Assembly: GCA_021809895.1 (NCBI GenBank)
Contig: JAJZJU010000003.1
Location: 1-52,301 of the forward strand
Origin: a bacterium
GTDB lineage: Bacteria; Chloroflexota; Dormibacteria; Aeolococcales; Bog-877
Direction: 5' to 3'
Length of the DNA stretch: 52,301 bases
Shown: one piece after another, positions 30,211 to 40,417 of the stretch
Layout of the letters: the number at the start of each line of letters is the position of its first letter
How positions within the stretch are numbered: position 1 is the stretch's first letter
The notes under the pieces: generated by a model
Told to the model about the DNA's origin: nothing
Database searches by the model: none
Seen by the model: the letters and a program-made list of their open reading frames with translations, nothing else
Program-made: the position numbers and the translations under genes

Positions 30211-30269
30211 CAATGGCCCAGATCAGGTAACGTGGTAGACCCGTTAGGCGAGGGACGACACGGGGCGAC

Positions 30270-30617
30270 CTACAGCGGCGGCAAGTTCCCACCGGCACCC
30301 CCTCCCATGAAAGGCGGGCGGTGGCGTCCCCAACGGCTGTCCGGGGCAACCTTCCGCGTGTAGTTGTGGGCGCAGCCAGCGGTCGCCTCCCAGGTCATGC
30401 TGTCGATGGAGCACCGCCTCGCCCAGCTCGCGCTGCGACCGGTCGCGCCGCCCACCGGGACCGGGTCCTCGATGGCATCCGCCGCTGGCCACAGGCGCCA
30501 ACCGATTGTCGTGAGGGCGCAGTTGTGGAAGATGCGCCACCTCGGGGATGGCGCTCCACAACAACGGCCCCCAGAGCTGCATCGCGAAGACCTGCGCCCA
30601 AGCCCCGCAGCGTTCAT
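30270..30617 (-). CDS. Hypothetical or degraded ORF translationally coupled to tadE
   Basis: ATGA overlap with the stop of 30614-31147; no recognisable family. Confidence 0.25.
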   Translation of the reverse strand: MNAAGLGRRSSRCSSGGRCCGAPSPRWRIFHNCALTTIGWRLWPAADAIEDPVPVGGATGRSASWARRCSIDSMTWEATAGCAHNYTRKVAPDSRWGRHRPPFMGGGAGGNLPPL

Positions 30618-31147
30618 GGTTGAGCGGCCAGGATGCTGGTGGATTTCAGGTCGACCTGCGCCCCCAGGAGCGGCTCCAGGGGGTGGGCGACGAAGGTGAC
30701 CTGCACCTTGAATGCCGACGGAGCGGTGAAGCCGCCGATGGCACACAACTCGATCATCGCGTCTCCGGTGCCGCTTATGGGCGCCTGAACCAGAGTCCCG
30801 GCCTGCCCGTTCGCGCAGAAGCTGTCGGCACTGGTAGCGCTCCCCTGCTGGCAGAGTCGCCTGCTGTCAACCTGCACGATGTTGGCGGCATGCTGAACCA
30901 CCGTCGGCATGTAAGTCGGCGCCCCCGACCCGGAAGCGGCCGGAACCCCTGGCTCGCAGCCCCCTACCAGAGGGTTGTGGTAGAACTCGATGATGGCCTG
31001 GCGTGCCCCAGACTGGGCCGCGTCGGAGATCGCGCTGGCCTGGAACAGCAGGATGCCGCACGCGATGATCCCGAAGAGGACCGCGAAGAAGATAGGCGCT
31101 ACCAAAGCGAACTCGACGGTGCTCTGCGCCCGTTGCCTGCCTCTCAT
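30614..31147 (-). CDS. TadE-like pseudopilin
   Basis: RQRAQSTVEFALVAPIFFAVLFGII...DAAQSGARQA prepilin-like N-terminus. Confidence 0.88.
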   Translation of the reverse strand: MRGRQRAQSTVEFALVAPIFFAVLFGIIACGILLFQASAISDAAQSGARQAIIEFYHNPLVGGCEPGVPAASGSGAPTYMPTVVQHAANIVQVDSRRLCQQGSATSADSFCANGQAGTLVQAPISGTGDAMIELCAIGGFTAPSAFKVQVTFVAHPLEPLLGAQVDLKSTSILAAQP

Positions 31148-31151
31148 CCGG

Positions 31152-33122
31152 CTACTGGGTGAGAATCGCCGAGCCTTGCACGCCCGGGATATTGAAAGTG
31201 CTGCCCGTGATATTGAGGACGGTGTTGCCCTGGGTCTGGAAGACATCGACCGTGGCCAGGCCGTTGATCGTGACTCGGCACCCGGTGCCGTAACCGGGCT
31301 GCCCCGCTCCGCAGGTCATGCCGGTCTGGCTATCGATTCCGAAGCCAGCGACGAGCATTCCGCCCGGCAGGAAGGGGATCCCGTTCTGGCTGCCACCTTC
31401 TCCCCAGTAGGTCTCATGGGCTGGGTTCTGGCCCCCGATGCAGCTGTCGTTGTAGACGATCCCGCTCAAGGTGATGTTCGCGCTGTCGCCCGGCATGGCG
31501 TCGAACCCGAAGTTGGCAGGCGTGGTGGTCCCGCAAGGATTGGACAAGGTGGGCGCGGCCGGAGCCCCCCCGCGGTCCTGCCAGAGCAGGAAGCCCAGCC
31601 AGGTACCGGAGTTCGGCGCGGACAGGTTGATCGTCCCATGGCCGCCCATCTCCACCGAGTCGTTGAGCCCCTGCTGGGACACCGAGTTTGGATTCCAGCC
31701 AATCGCCTGCTCGGCCGGCGAGTTGACGGCGTTGCAGTTGTCGTTGCTGTTGTTGTTCGGCTGCGGCGGGCAGTTTCCGTTGAAGCCCCCAATCACCGGC
31801 TCGCCGTCGCCCTGGTTCTGCACGCCGTTGATCTTGGATGGTGGGTTCTGGGTGAAGAAGAGCACGTTCTGCCCGGTCACCGTGTCAGCGGTGTGGGCCG
31901 GCCGAAGCACCACTCCCTGTCGAAAGTCGTAGAGACCGGTGTAGGAGGTTGACCCGCCTGACTGCCCCAACACCTGGCTGCAATTTTCGAAGGTGGCGCT
32001 TCCGGTAACCACCACGGTGTAGTTGTAGACACCCGGTTGGTACACGTTGCCTGCCGGCGGGCCCGGGCCATTGAAATACATGACCGGCCGCCCCGGACAG
32101 TTGGCATCGGTCGCCTGCGGCTCCGGTAGGTTTGGGTTGTTGGCCAGAGGATCGCTGGTGAATTGGGGGTAGCCGCCTTTCCAGTGGTAGTACTGGATGG
32201 TGGTATTGTTCTGGCTGCAGACCGCGCTGTTCCACGGTGCTGGGGGTGGGGTCGAGCCTGGGTTGACACCGGCCGGCGGCGGATTGTTCGAGGCGCTGCC
32301 GAAGCACGAATCCCAGGGCGTTTGCACGTAGGACTCGATGTTTCCGCGGTCGGTCATGGTCCCGGACTGTTTGCCATCGATCACGTCCGGGCGGCCCCAC
32401 TGACCACAGTTGGTGTCGAGACAGCCGTTGGCGTTGTCGAAGATGGTGCCGGTTACGTTGAACTGGCCATCGCCGGCCATCAGAATAGTGTGGGCGCCGT
32501 TCTCTGACAGCGACACGATGCTTGTCAGTGGACCACCCTGCACCACGGTGTTGACCGCCGCCGCTCCGGTTACGGTCTTGAGCCGGGTCACCCCCATGAT
32601 CTGCGCGATGAATGGGGGCCACTGGGGTTGCACGGTGATGTGGATCCCGCACGCTCCCACCGGAACCACGGCGGAAGTGGCGGTCACTGGCACCTCGGCG
32701 GGAGGGCTGGAGCCGGGTGCATACAGGGGCATGTACTGGCCGTTCGGGTACTGCTGGTTGGAGAGGTAGTAGGCGGTCCAATGCCTGTTCGGGGCACTGA
32801 AGGGCGCCGCCGCCGCCGGAGCGTTGATGTTCACCTCGTCATCGAGCACCTTCACCACCTGGTTGCCGGTCACAGGGGGAGGGTTCAGCGCTCCATCGCA
32901 GTTGCTCTGCAAGGCGGTGGCTCCGGCCTGAGCGGCGAAGTCGGCGGCGTTCTGGGCCTGGCGATATTGAAGTAGGCCGAAGCCGCCGTCGATCGCGACT
33001 GCCACGGCCATCAGCAGCACCACCAGACTAAGCGCAAACAGCACCGCCACCTGTCCCTGCTGGCGGGGGCGCCCGCCGGTCCAGTGGGAGGCGCCAAGGT
33101 TACGATGCGGAGAGATGCTCAT
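31152..33122 (-). CDS. TadG-like pilin/adhesin with a large Cys/Asn/Gly-rich extracellular domain
   Basis: RQQGQVAVLFALSLVVLLMAVAVAIDGG...QAQNAADFAAQAGA; ATG 33122 overlaps the upstream stop. Confidence 0.85.
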   Translation of the reverse strand: MSISPHRNLGASHWTGGRPRQQGQVAVLFALSLVVLLMAVAVAIDGGFGLLQYRQAQNAADFAAQAGATALQSNCDGALNPPPVTGNQVVKVLDDEVNINAPAAAAPFSAPNRHWTAYYLSNQQYPNGQYMPLYAPGSSPPAEVPVTATSAVVPVGACGIHITVQPQWPPFIAQIMGVTRLKTVTGAAAVNTVVQGGPLTSIVSLSENGAHTILMAGDGQFNVTGTIFDNANGCLDTNCGQWGRPDVIDGKQSGTMTDRGNIESYVQTPWDSCFGSASNNPPPAGVNPGSTPPPAPWNSAVCSQNNTTIQYYHWKGGYPQFTSDPLANNPNLPEPQATDANCPGRPVMYFNGPGPPAGNVYQPGVYNYTVVVTGSATFENCSQVLGQSGGSTSYTGLYDFRQGVVLRPAHTADTVTGQNVLFFTQNPPSKINGVQNQGDGEPVIGGFNGNCPPQPNNNSNDNCNAVNSPAEQAIGWNPNSVSQQGLNDSVEMGGHGTINLSAPNSGTWLGFLLWQDRGGAPAAPTLSNPCGTTTPANFGFDAMPGDSANITLSGIVYNDSCIGGQNPAHETYWGEGGSQNGIPFLPGGMLVAGFGIDSQTGMTCGAGQPGYGTGCRVTINGLATVDVFQTQGNTVLNITGSTFNIPGVQGSAILTQ

Positions 33123-33604
33123 TGGGGCGCCGTGGCCTCTGCTTGGATGGTGACGTTTCCGAAAATGGGGACGAAAGGCATGATGGTCTCCCACACTCGG
33201 ACCTGGACCAGGCTGACCACGCGATTCTCCAGCGGGGCAACTCCCGCTTTCATGTCCACCACCGAGACGCAGCCGGAAGGAACGGCCCCAGAACACTGAA
33301 TGGACCCCACCCCCCCTTGCTCATTGTTGGCGGCGGTTCGGGCGTCCGTTGTCTGCACACCGATCGAGTCGGGCGGGGTTGCCGCAGCGTCGTGAGCCGC
33401 CGCGATGGCTCCGGCTCGAGCCGCCTGGGTGAGGCCGATGTCCGTCATCACCATCTCGCCCCCAGTAGCCGCCAGAGCCAGGATCACGACCGCCACCGGC
33501 AACACCACCGCGAACTCGGTGATCGCCTGCCCAGGTTGGCGCCAGCGCGGCCGGATGCGGCCCCATGACGGTGACGGTCCCGGCGTGTGAGAGTGTTTGC
33601 CCAT
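33119..33604 (-). CDS. TadE-like pseudopilin
   Basis: GQAITEFAVVLPV...LTQAARAGAIAA. Confidence 0.88.
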   Translation of the reverse strand: MGKHSHTPGPSPSWGRIRPRWRQPGQAITEFAVVLPVAVVILALAATGGEMVMTDIGLTQAARAGAIAAAHDAAATPPDSIGVQTTDARTAANNEQGGVGSIQCSGAVPSGCVSVVDMKAGVAPLENRVVSLVQVRVWETIMPFVPIFGNVTIQAEATAPQ

Positions 33605-33646
33605 GGCTGGACACGGAGCTTAACTGAGTTTGGCCACCAAGTACCC

Positions 33647-33674
33647 ATCATATCCTGTAACGGACGTGTAACAA
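33647..33674 (-). promoter_or_regulatory. Candidate tad promoter overlapped by a GTTAC-N6-GTTAC direct repeat
   Basis: Minus-strand GTTACA at 33672-33667 and 33661-33656 (11-bp period); TATGAT at 33652-33647. Confidence 0.5.
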
Positions 33675-33773
33675 CTTCCTTGGATTCCTAGTGTCAACAG
33701 CCAGCCACGAGGGTGCCCGCGAACTCTTCGCCAAAGGACCGCAGCCCCGCATTGGGCCTGTTGCAGCCGCTCG

Positions 33774-33801
33774 CCGACCTCGCGGGCTCCCGCGAGGTCG
33801 G
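33774..33801. repeat. Perfect GC-rich inverted repeat
   Basis: CCGACCTCGCGGG-CT-CCCGCGAGGTCGG. Confidence 0.7.
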
Positions 33802-33831
33802 ACGAGATGTGCCCTGGTCCGGTGGTGGGAC

Positions 33832-35794
33832 CTAGCGGGACTTTCAGAGATTTGGCGGGCGAAGGGGCTGGATTGAACTCGGCGAAGGGGTAGGCAGGCG
33901 TAGTACCTACGGGCCGATGGCGAGAGCGCCGGTGGCCTCGAGGAGGCTCTGCTGGCGAGGGGTTGTCTCGGAGATGACCGCCGCAGTCCGAGGACGGCCT
34001 CGACCTCCACCGGCCGCAGGGTAGATCAAGGGGGACTCGGTGACCTCGTCAAGGTCGGCGATCAAGGACTGCGGCTCCCTGGTGTCGGCAACGGCAGCGG
34101 CGCGGTGCTGGAGCAGGCGGACCAGCATCAAGCCCAGGACGCAGTAGAGGCCGTGCACTTGGATCTTCTGGTCGGTCCAGTGCCACATCGGTGACCAGGC
34201 CACAGCCCGCTCGGCGTGCAGCTGGCGGAAGGCATCCTCAGCCTCACTCTGACCTCGGGCGGCGAGGATGACCCGCTCCGGCTCCCACTCCAAATGGTTG
34301 GTGATCCACAGCCGGCGCCCGAAGAGATGGTCGACCAGGTGCGTCACCCGCTCCTCGTCGACTGCGAACTGGAGTTGTGGCCGGTTCTGGGCATCGGCCT
34401 CGAGTTTGGTCGTCACCACTTGGCGCAGGTGTTGGGCGGAGATGATGCCATCGATCTCGTGGCGGAGGGTTTCGGGATCTGGGGGCTTGCGGCGGCTGCC
34501 CCTCTGCAGCATGGCCTGGAGCTCCGATAGTGCTGCCTGGGCCCTGACCAGGTGCTGGCGAAGACCGGCCAGCTGGCCGCTGGCCAGGGTGGGGCTATGG
34601 GTTTGGACCACCAGCCGCTGTCGGCGCAGGATCATCTGCTGACCGGCGCTGTAGCGGATCCCGCTGAGCCTCGGATGTGCTGCCAGTTGAAAGCTCGCCA
34701 GGGGCGCCGCCAACAACTCCCGATGCTGGCTTGGCGGCACCGAGGTCACATAGCTGATGCCGCTCTTGTCCACCTGGCGCTGGTTGACCACGGACACATT
34801 GCCGGTGTCATAGACCGCGGTCGCCGCGCCCAGCCCCAGCTGCTGGAGGCGCTCCTCCAGCCGCGGCCAGGCCTCGCGGAATATGGTCACATCTGGACTG
34901 TTGCCGGCGTACACGTGGTTGAAGAGCGGCATCTCACTGTGCACCGTGGTAGCCAGGGTCAGCCCTACCTGGCGCAGGTCGTAGCGATGAGCCTTGTTAT
35001 GACCTCGGCGAGGCATCTGGGGCCGGCTGCTGCCACTGTCGATCCAGGTGAAGAAGCTGGTGCATTCGAAGGCCACCACCTCATCGCCCAAGGGCAGTTG
35101 GGCCAGTGCCTTTTGGGCCACCTCACCCATGATTGCTCCCGGGGCAGCCTCTGGTACCCGGTCCATCGCCTGCCAGAAGTCCTGGCTGCTCAGCTGGTCG
35201 GGGGATATCCCGCAGATGCGGCGCAGGGCCGTTGTTTCGTACCACTCGGCGAAGCCTCGCTTGGAGCGTGGCGACACCACTCGGTTGATGGCGGCCAGGA
35301 CCAGGTAGGTGCCCACTGAGGGCGCGTGGTTGCCCGGTTGAGGGCAGTGGCGATCGATGGTGGCGACCAGATCCAGATCCCCCGCCAGCCGCCAGAGCGC
35401 CGCCACTGCCCCAAAGTGGCGAGTCCTCAGCGTGGTCGGGGTCAGTGCTCCCTGCCGCATGGCCACCAGGTCATCGACCTTGTCCAGGTAGACCTGGTCA
35501 ACATTGCGGGGCTTGCCATTCACGCGGGCCGAGCGGGCCGCGTAGTAGTAGGCATGGCCGCGGATGAGCTTGCTGACGAGGCGGTAACTCGATTAGGCAC
35601 GACCATACCACGTACCCCAACCCCATGGCAACAGCCGATACCGGCATCTAGTTCGGATGTGTCTCCCAGGCCGGATCTTATATTAGGGACGACTCATACT
35701 CGTCATACCCAACCAGCTCTACTGACTTCCCCAGCGGCCCTCAGCGCCGCCTGAACCGGCGCCTCGCACCCTCAACTTCTGAAAGTCCCGCTAG
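33832..35794 (-). mobile_element. IS1634-family insertion sequence
   Basis: Perfect 17-bp terminal IR CTAGCGGGACTTTCAGA (33832-33848 / 35778-35794) around the transposase; no flanking duplication unless the CTAG itself is one. Confidence 0.88.
33907..35590 (-). pseudogene. IS1634-family transposase, probably defective
   Basis: GHAYYYAARSARVNGKPR N-terminus lacks an in-frame start (TAATCGAGT; first usable GTG at 35523); RGHNK..RYDLRQVGL, YAGNSPD, VYDTGN, EDAFRQL, HWTDQKIQVH. Confidence 0.8.
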
Positions 35795-35883
35795 CCAGTA
35801 GACGCCCCGCGCTCGACGCCACTGCCGAAAGACGGGTACCTGGGCCACATGGCCCCATGGGGCCAGCAACACCCGCGTAGGCC

Positions 35884-37330
35884 CAATGCCAGTAACTTAG
35901 GGCGGCGAGAGGATCCCGATGGCCGCCGGAGTCGGCAGGGTGGGCTGGGGCCAGTGGCGGTGCTCTGGGCGCTTGACAGCGAAGCTGGTCATCTTGCGGC
36001 GCACGACGCGGGGATTGGCGCGCAGGCGGCGCCGGGGCAGCAGTTCTTCGAGGATCTCCTGGGTGGCATGGAGGATAGCCGCGGCGAGGCTGACCTTGTC
36101 GCCCACGGAGCGGCGACTGCTGCGGCGTGCGGCGCGCAGGGTACGGGTGAAACTCACCCGGTCAGGGTCGATGTCGCTGTCGTGAGCGGCCTGGCAGAGC
36201 AGGGCTCGAATCGCGTAGTGGACGCAGAGCATGCCCCACGCCTCCTGGTAGACCCCATCGGAGGTCTTGGAGCGTAGCACCACCCGGGGGCCGCGCTGGT
36301 GAGTCTTGAGCTCATCCAGTGCGGACTCGAACTCCCAACGCTCCGAGTAAAGTGCGGCCAGCTCGTGCGCAGGTGCCAGTTTGGGATCCAGGATCGTGGT
36401 GACCAATCGGTAGGCAGACTCCGCCTGGGGCCGACCCGGGTCCTCGATGGTGTACTCGATGACCCGCACTACCAGGACGTCTTTACGGCTGCGCTTGTCG
36501 GGTGATGCCACCAACTCGGAGCGGAACGAACCATCGGGATAGCGCTCCAGCACCGGCAGGACGGCATTGGCCTTGGCGCGCCAGCACAGCTGCGCTCCGG
36601 TCCCTGCCATGGCCGAAAACAGGGGGTGAGCGGTGAATCCTCGATCCGCCAGGATCAGCATCCCCGGGTCGATCGCAGCTACCAGCTGGCGCGCGAGGGT
36701 CGGCTCGCCAGTCCCGTAAGCTCCCATCGCGGCTGCGAATATGGCTTTGGTGCCGGACTCCGCCAGCGCCACGATGCGCAACTGCGGGAATGCCGACTCT
36801 CCCCGACTGGAACCGGGCCGTCCGAATGTCTGGGCATTGTCAGCCGTGTCGGCGGTGTCGAGCGTGGTGCCATCCATGGAGACCACCCGCCACCCCCGAT
36901 AGAACGCGCCCCGGGTGTCCAGTTGCGCCAGCGGCACGCACGCGGCTGTGAACAGGGCTTGCAGCGGCGCCGATCCCAGTCTCGCTCGCGCCTTCGAGAT
37001 CGCCACCGAACTCGGCCGCTGCAGCGCATTCCGGGCCCGCCCAAGCAGGCCTTCGGTGAGCTCCCGCAGCACCTCCTCGTAGCCTGCTTCTCGAAACAGA
37101 GTCATCGCCAGCACGTAGTAGACAACCATCCGTGCCGGCAACAGCCGGTAGCGCAACTCACGCTTCCCAGTGCTCTCGATCGCCTTGTCCACCAAGTCCT
37201 GGGGATAGGTAGCTGTCAACACTCCCAGGGCGATCCGATCGCGCAACCTCCGACCATCCTCAGGCTTCGGCTGTCCTACCCGTGGCACCCACCCATTATA
37301 CCAGCTTTAGGCTCTAAGTTACTGGTATTG
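35884..37330 (-). mobile_element. Intact IS4-family insertion sequence (1447 bp)
   Basis: 17-bp TIR CAATGCCAGTAACTTAG / CTAAGTTACTGGTATTG (1 mismatch); 10-bp TSD CGCGTAGGCC at 35874-35883 and 37331-37340. Confidence 0.95.
35897..37288 (-). CDS. IS4-family transposase
   Basis: SKARARLG, SMDGTTLD, ILADRGF, YSERWEFESALDELK (YREK signature). Confidence 0.95.
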   Translation of the reverse strand: MPRVGQPKPEDGRRLRDRIALGVLTATYPQDLVDKAIESTGKRELRYRLLPARMVVYYVLAMTLFREAGYEEVLRELTEGLLGRARNALQRPSSVAISKARARLGSAPLQALFTAACVPLAQLDTRGAFYRGWRVVSMDGTTLDTADTADNAQTFGRPGSSRGESAFPQLRIVALAESGTKAIFAAAMGAYGTGEPTLARQLVAAIDPGMLILADRGFTAHPLFSAMAGTGAQLCWRAKANAVLPVLERYPDGSFRSELVASPDKRSRKDVLVVRVIEYTIEDPGRPQAESAYRLVTTILDPKLAPAHELAALYSERWEFESALDELKTHQRGPRVVLRSKTSDGVYQEAWGMLCVHYAIRALLCQAAHDSDIDPDRVSFTRTLRAARRSSRRSVGDKVSLAAAILHATQEILEELLPRRRLRANPRVVRRKMTSFAVKRPEHRHWPQPTLPTPAAIGILSPP

Positions 37331-37620
37331 CGCGTAGGCCCGCGACTGGGTGGCTGGGGACACCGTAATTAAAGGGTGCACCCAGTCGGGCCGGTTGCGC
37401 GCCGTGGCTTGGCCGGGAGGGTAGATGGCCGGGCGGCGCCTCCAGAATCGGAACCCCGCGAAGCGGCGCTTGCGTTTCCAGACCCATGGCAGATCGGGAC
37501 CCGTGCCCCATAGGAAACTGGAGGCGACCGCTACAGCACCGCCAACGCCCCGGGGTACCGGGGACCCATCGGGCCTCCCGGTCCGTCCGGGCGTTGCAGC
37601 TCGCCGCTCTGGGGATCTAC

Positions 37621-40179
37621 TCAGACGCGAGGATGAGGCCGGAGCCTGGCGGCGGTCAAAAGCAACAGGGCGCCGAGGATAATGGCGAGCACTGCCAGCA
37701 CGCCAGCCAGGACGAGGTCAGCACCAGTGTTGGGGGTGGGAGTGCTAGCAGCCTTCACCGCCCCCGCCGGAGTTGGGGCTGGAGTTGGAGTTGGAGCTGT
37801 GTGGGCTCCCAGGGCCCCACCCGACGCCGTGATCGTGACCGGCTCGCCACAGACCAGAGAGCTGCTCAGGTTGGCCGAGTCGTTGACCGAGTTGAAGGTG
37901 ACTCCCCAGTAATACGTCCCCGCGACCGCAGGGGCGTACCCGGAGCCAGGTGAGGTCGCCGTCCAGGTGGCTGCACCGTTGGTGGTTGTCGGCCCGGTGA
38001 GGGCAGCGCTGCCGAGGGTATCCGCCAAAGCGCTGCACGTTGGGTCGGAGTACAACGCAAAGCTCACGTTGTCAAAGGCCGCCGGACTGACTATGCCGGT
38101 GACTTGGGCTGTGTCTGACAGATGGGTCCCTACGGGCCCCCCGGCGCTCGGGACGGTGGTGATCGTGGGCGTATTAGGGGTCGGCGGAGGAGGCGGCTGG
38201 ACTGGGGCAGCGTTGACCACCATCGGCTCCGATCCGCAGACACTGTCGATCGTCGGAATGGAGGCATACCCGGCCCCCCCACTGACGGTCACGACCGCCT
38301 GCCACGTGTAGCTGCCCACGGCGGTGGGCGTGTATGCGGCTGCCCCCGTACTGGCTTGACCACTGGAATCGAGCGCGATCGGGACCTTCGCAGAGGAGTG
38401 GTAGACCGGGGTGCCGCTGCAACTGGTCCCCGAGTACAGCGAGAACACGACCGACCCACTGGCCGAAGAGTCCTCCGCAGCCAGGGCGGCGTACCCGCTC
38501 ACGGCGACCGTGTCGCCCACAGACCGTCCGATCGTGATCGTGCTGGTGACGCCGCCGGAGGCTGGCGTGGGAATCGCTGTCGTGGTGGCCGTGAGATTCC
38601 CGGCCGGGTTCAATACCATCACCGGCTCACTTGTACACGAACTGTAGAGAGTGGGGACTTGGAAGAGGCTGCCGCCGGTGATGCTGACAGCGGCCTGCCA
38701 GGCATAGCTCCCGGCCGAGGTGGGCTTAAACGCAGTGCTGCCAGTGCTGGCATTCCCGTTGGCGTCGAGGGCGATCTGAGTCGTGGTCGGGGATTGGTAG
38801 ACGGGGGTGCCGCTGCAGCTCGTCCCCGAGTACAGCGAGAACACGACCGACCCGCGCGCTCCCGGGTCGCTACTGACAAGGGACGCGAAGTTGCTCACGT
38901 TTACGGTGTCTCCCACGTAGCTCCCCAGGGTTATCGTGCTGATGGTGCTAGGGGACACGGGGGCTGGAATGGCCCTCGTGGTGACAGCGAGCTGCCCGCC
39001 CGGACCAGTGATCGGTGCCACGTCGTCCAGGCTGTTGGTGAGGAACTGGTCATAGGGCATGGGCGCGTTGGAGATCAACGGTACCGAGCCGGCGGCGTAG
39101 GCGACGTGGGCGTAGTCGACTGCGACCAGATTGCCGCCGTTGTTGCTGACGAAAATGTGGCCTGCGCCGTCGACTGATCCCTGGTCGAACGGCTGCCCAC
39201 CGAACTGCTTCCCGTGCTCCCGGAGACAGTTCGTGATCGTGCACTGGCCCGTCCTCTGCCCGAACACGATCTCGGACGCGACCGGCGAGGCGCCTTCAAT
39301 CCCGCTTAGGGGCAGCTGCGCGATCATGGTCGAGCCGAATAGGATGATGCTCTTACTGAAGGGGTCGTAGGCCATGCCATGGGCGGCCTCAAACCCAGCC
39401 CCGGCGCCCTTTGACCCTGGCGTGGGCAACAGTTGGGTCAGCGTCGCCGAACACTTCCCGCCAGGCGAGGTGGGAGCATCGATGCTGATCTGGCCGAAGA
39501 GCCCGTACCCAGCGGTGGCACTGCCGGACGGGTTGCTAGCCGTGTAATAGGCCCCACTGGGGGTCCAGACGATCGTGTCCATGACGGCTGGAGCGACGGT
39601 CTGGCCCACCGGGTTGAGGGAGCAGTTAGAAGCGGGCGTCTGAATGACTCCGTTCTTGACGGTGACGATGGCCAGCCCGCCTCCGCCGTAGCCGCCAGCG
39701 GTGATGTACTGGCCGCCGGGCGCCACCGAGATGTGGTCCACCTGCCCAAGACCGGTGCTGACGTTGATCGGGGTGGCATTGGTGAAGCTACCGCTGGAAT
39801 TCGGGACGAGTTCCGTCACGTAGCCGTCGCTCTGGCCCCCCACCACCAGGTTCGTTCCATTCAAGAACTGGATCCCGTCGGCGCCCGGGAGGTTGGCGAC
39901 CTTATGGATGTTGCCGATCGAAAGCTGGCCGTTCGTGTAGGTGTAAGTGGCAGACTGCACATTCGCGGCGACATCGCCCGGATTAGTGGTGCAGTTGCTG
40001 CCCCCGCCGCCCTGATTCGCGAAGCAAGTGAAGTAGAGAGTGCCCGTCGGCAGGGTCAGAGCTGACACCTGGGCAGTCCCCAGCACTGCCGTGGCAATCA
40101 GCCCCAGGACCCCGGCCGTGACCATGAGGCCCCCCAGCCGACTGAGATAACGTCCAGATCGTCTCGAACCTCGGTTCAC
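37621..40179 (-). CDS. Cell-surface protein: propeller-like N-domain, three Ig-like repeats, sortase-type TPNTG signal
   Basis: GTG 40179 after AGGAGG; signal peptide; duplicated GSVVFSLYSGTSCSGTPVY repeats; Pro/Thr linker; TPNTG + hydrophobic helix + RLRPHPRV tail. Confidence 0.8.
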   Translation of the reverse strand: MNRGSRRSGRYLSRLGGLMVTAGVLGLIATAVLGTAQVSALTLPTGTLYFTCFANQGGGGSNCTTNPGDVAANVQSATYTYTNGQLSIGNIHKVANLPGADGIQFLNGTNLVVGGQSDGYVTELVPNSSGSFTNATPINVSTGLGQVDHISVAPGGQYITAGGYGGGGLAIVTVKNGVIQTPASNCSLNPVGQTVAPAVMDTIVWTPSGAYYTASNPSGSATAGYGLFGQISIDAPTSPGGKCSATLTQLLPTPGSKGAGAGFEAAHGMAYDPFSKSIILFGSTMIAQLPLSGIEGASPVASEIVFGQRTGQCTITNCLREHGKQFGGQPFDQGSVDGAGHIFVSNNGGNLVAVDYAHVAYAAGSVPLISNAPMPYDQFLTNSLDDVAPITGPGGQLAVTTRAIPAPVSPSTISTITLGSYVGDTVNVSNFASLVSSDPGARGSVVFSLYSGTSCSGTPVYQSPTTTQIALDANGNASTGSTAFKPTSAGSYAWQAAVSITGGSLFQVPTLYSSCTSEPVMVLNPAGNLTATTTAIPTPASGGVTSTITIGRSVGDTVAVSGYAALAAEDSSASGSVVFSLYSGTSCSGTPVYHSSAKVPIALDSSGQASTGAAAYTPTAVGSYTWQAVVTVSGGAGYASIPTIDSVCGSEPMVVNAAPVQPPPPPTPNTPTITTVPSAGGPVGTHLSDTAQVTGIVSPAAFDNVSFALYSDPTCSALADTLGSAALTGPTTTNGAATWTATSPGSGYAPAVAGTYYWGVTFNSVNDSANLSSSLVCGEPVTITASGGALGAHTAPTPTPAPTPAGAVKAASTPTPNTGADLVLAGVLAVLAIILGALLLLTAARLRPHPRV

Positions 40180-40417
40180 GTGCGTACCTCCTGTATCCGC
40201 CTGTATGAATTCGGACAACGATCGAGTTCTGGTGGAAAACCCCAAGCCGGGGCCACGACGAGATCAGAGCGGCGGCCGGAGCCCCAGCCGGCTCTGCCGA
40301 GCGCCGGCCCCTAGAGTCCTCAACCAAGCGCGGTCTGCATTCCTTCCGCTGGCGGCCCCATGCACCGGGGGCGTCTCCGTCCGCCCGACGGCGACTCGGG
40401 TCACTGTAAACGGCCGG

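Noticed and set aside
37343-37387. Inverted repeat CGACTGGGTG...CACCCAGTCG beside the IS4 insertion
   Set aside because: Single occurrence with a long loop; no function can be supported.
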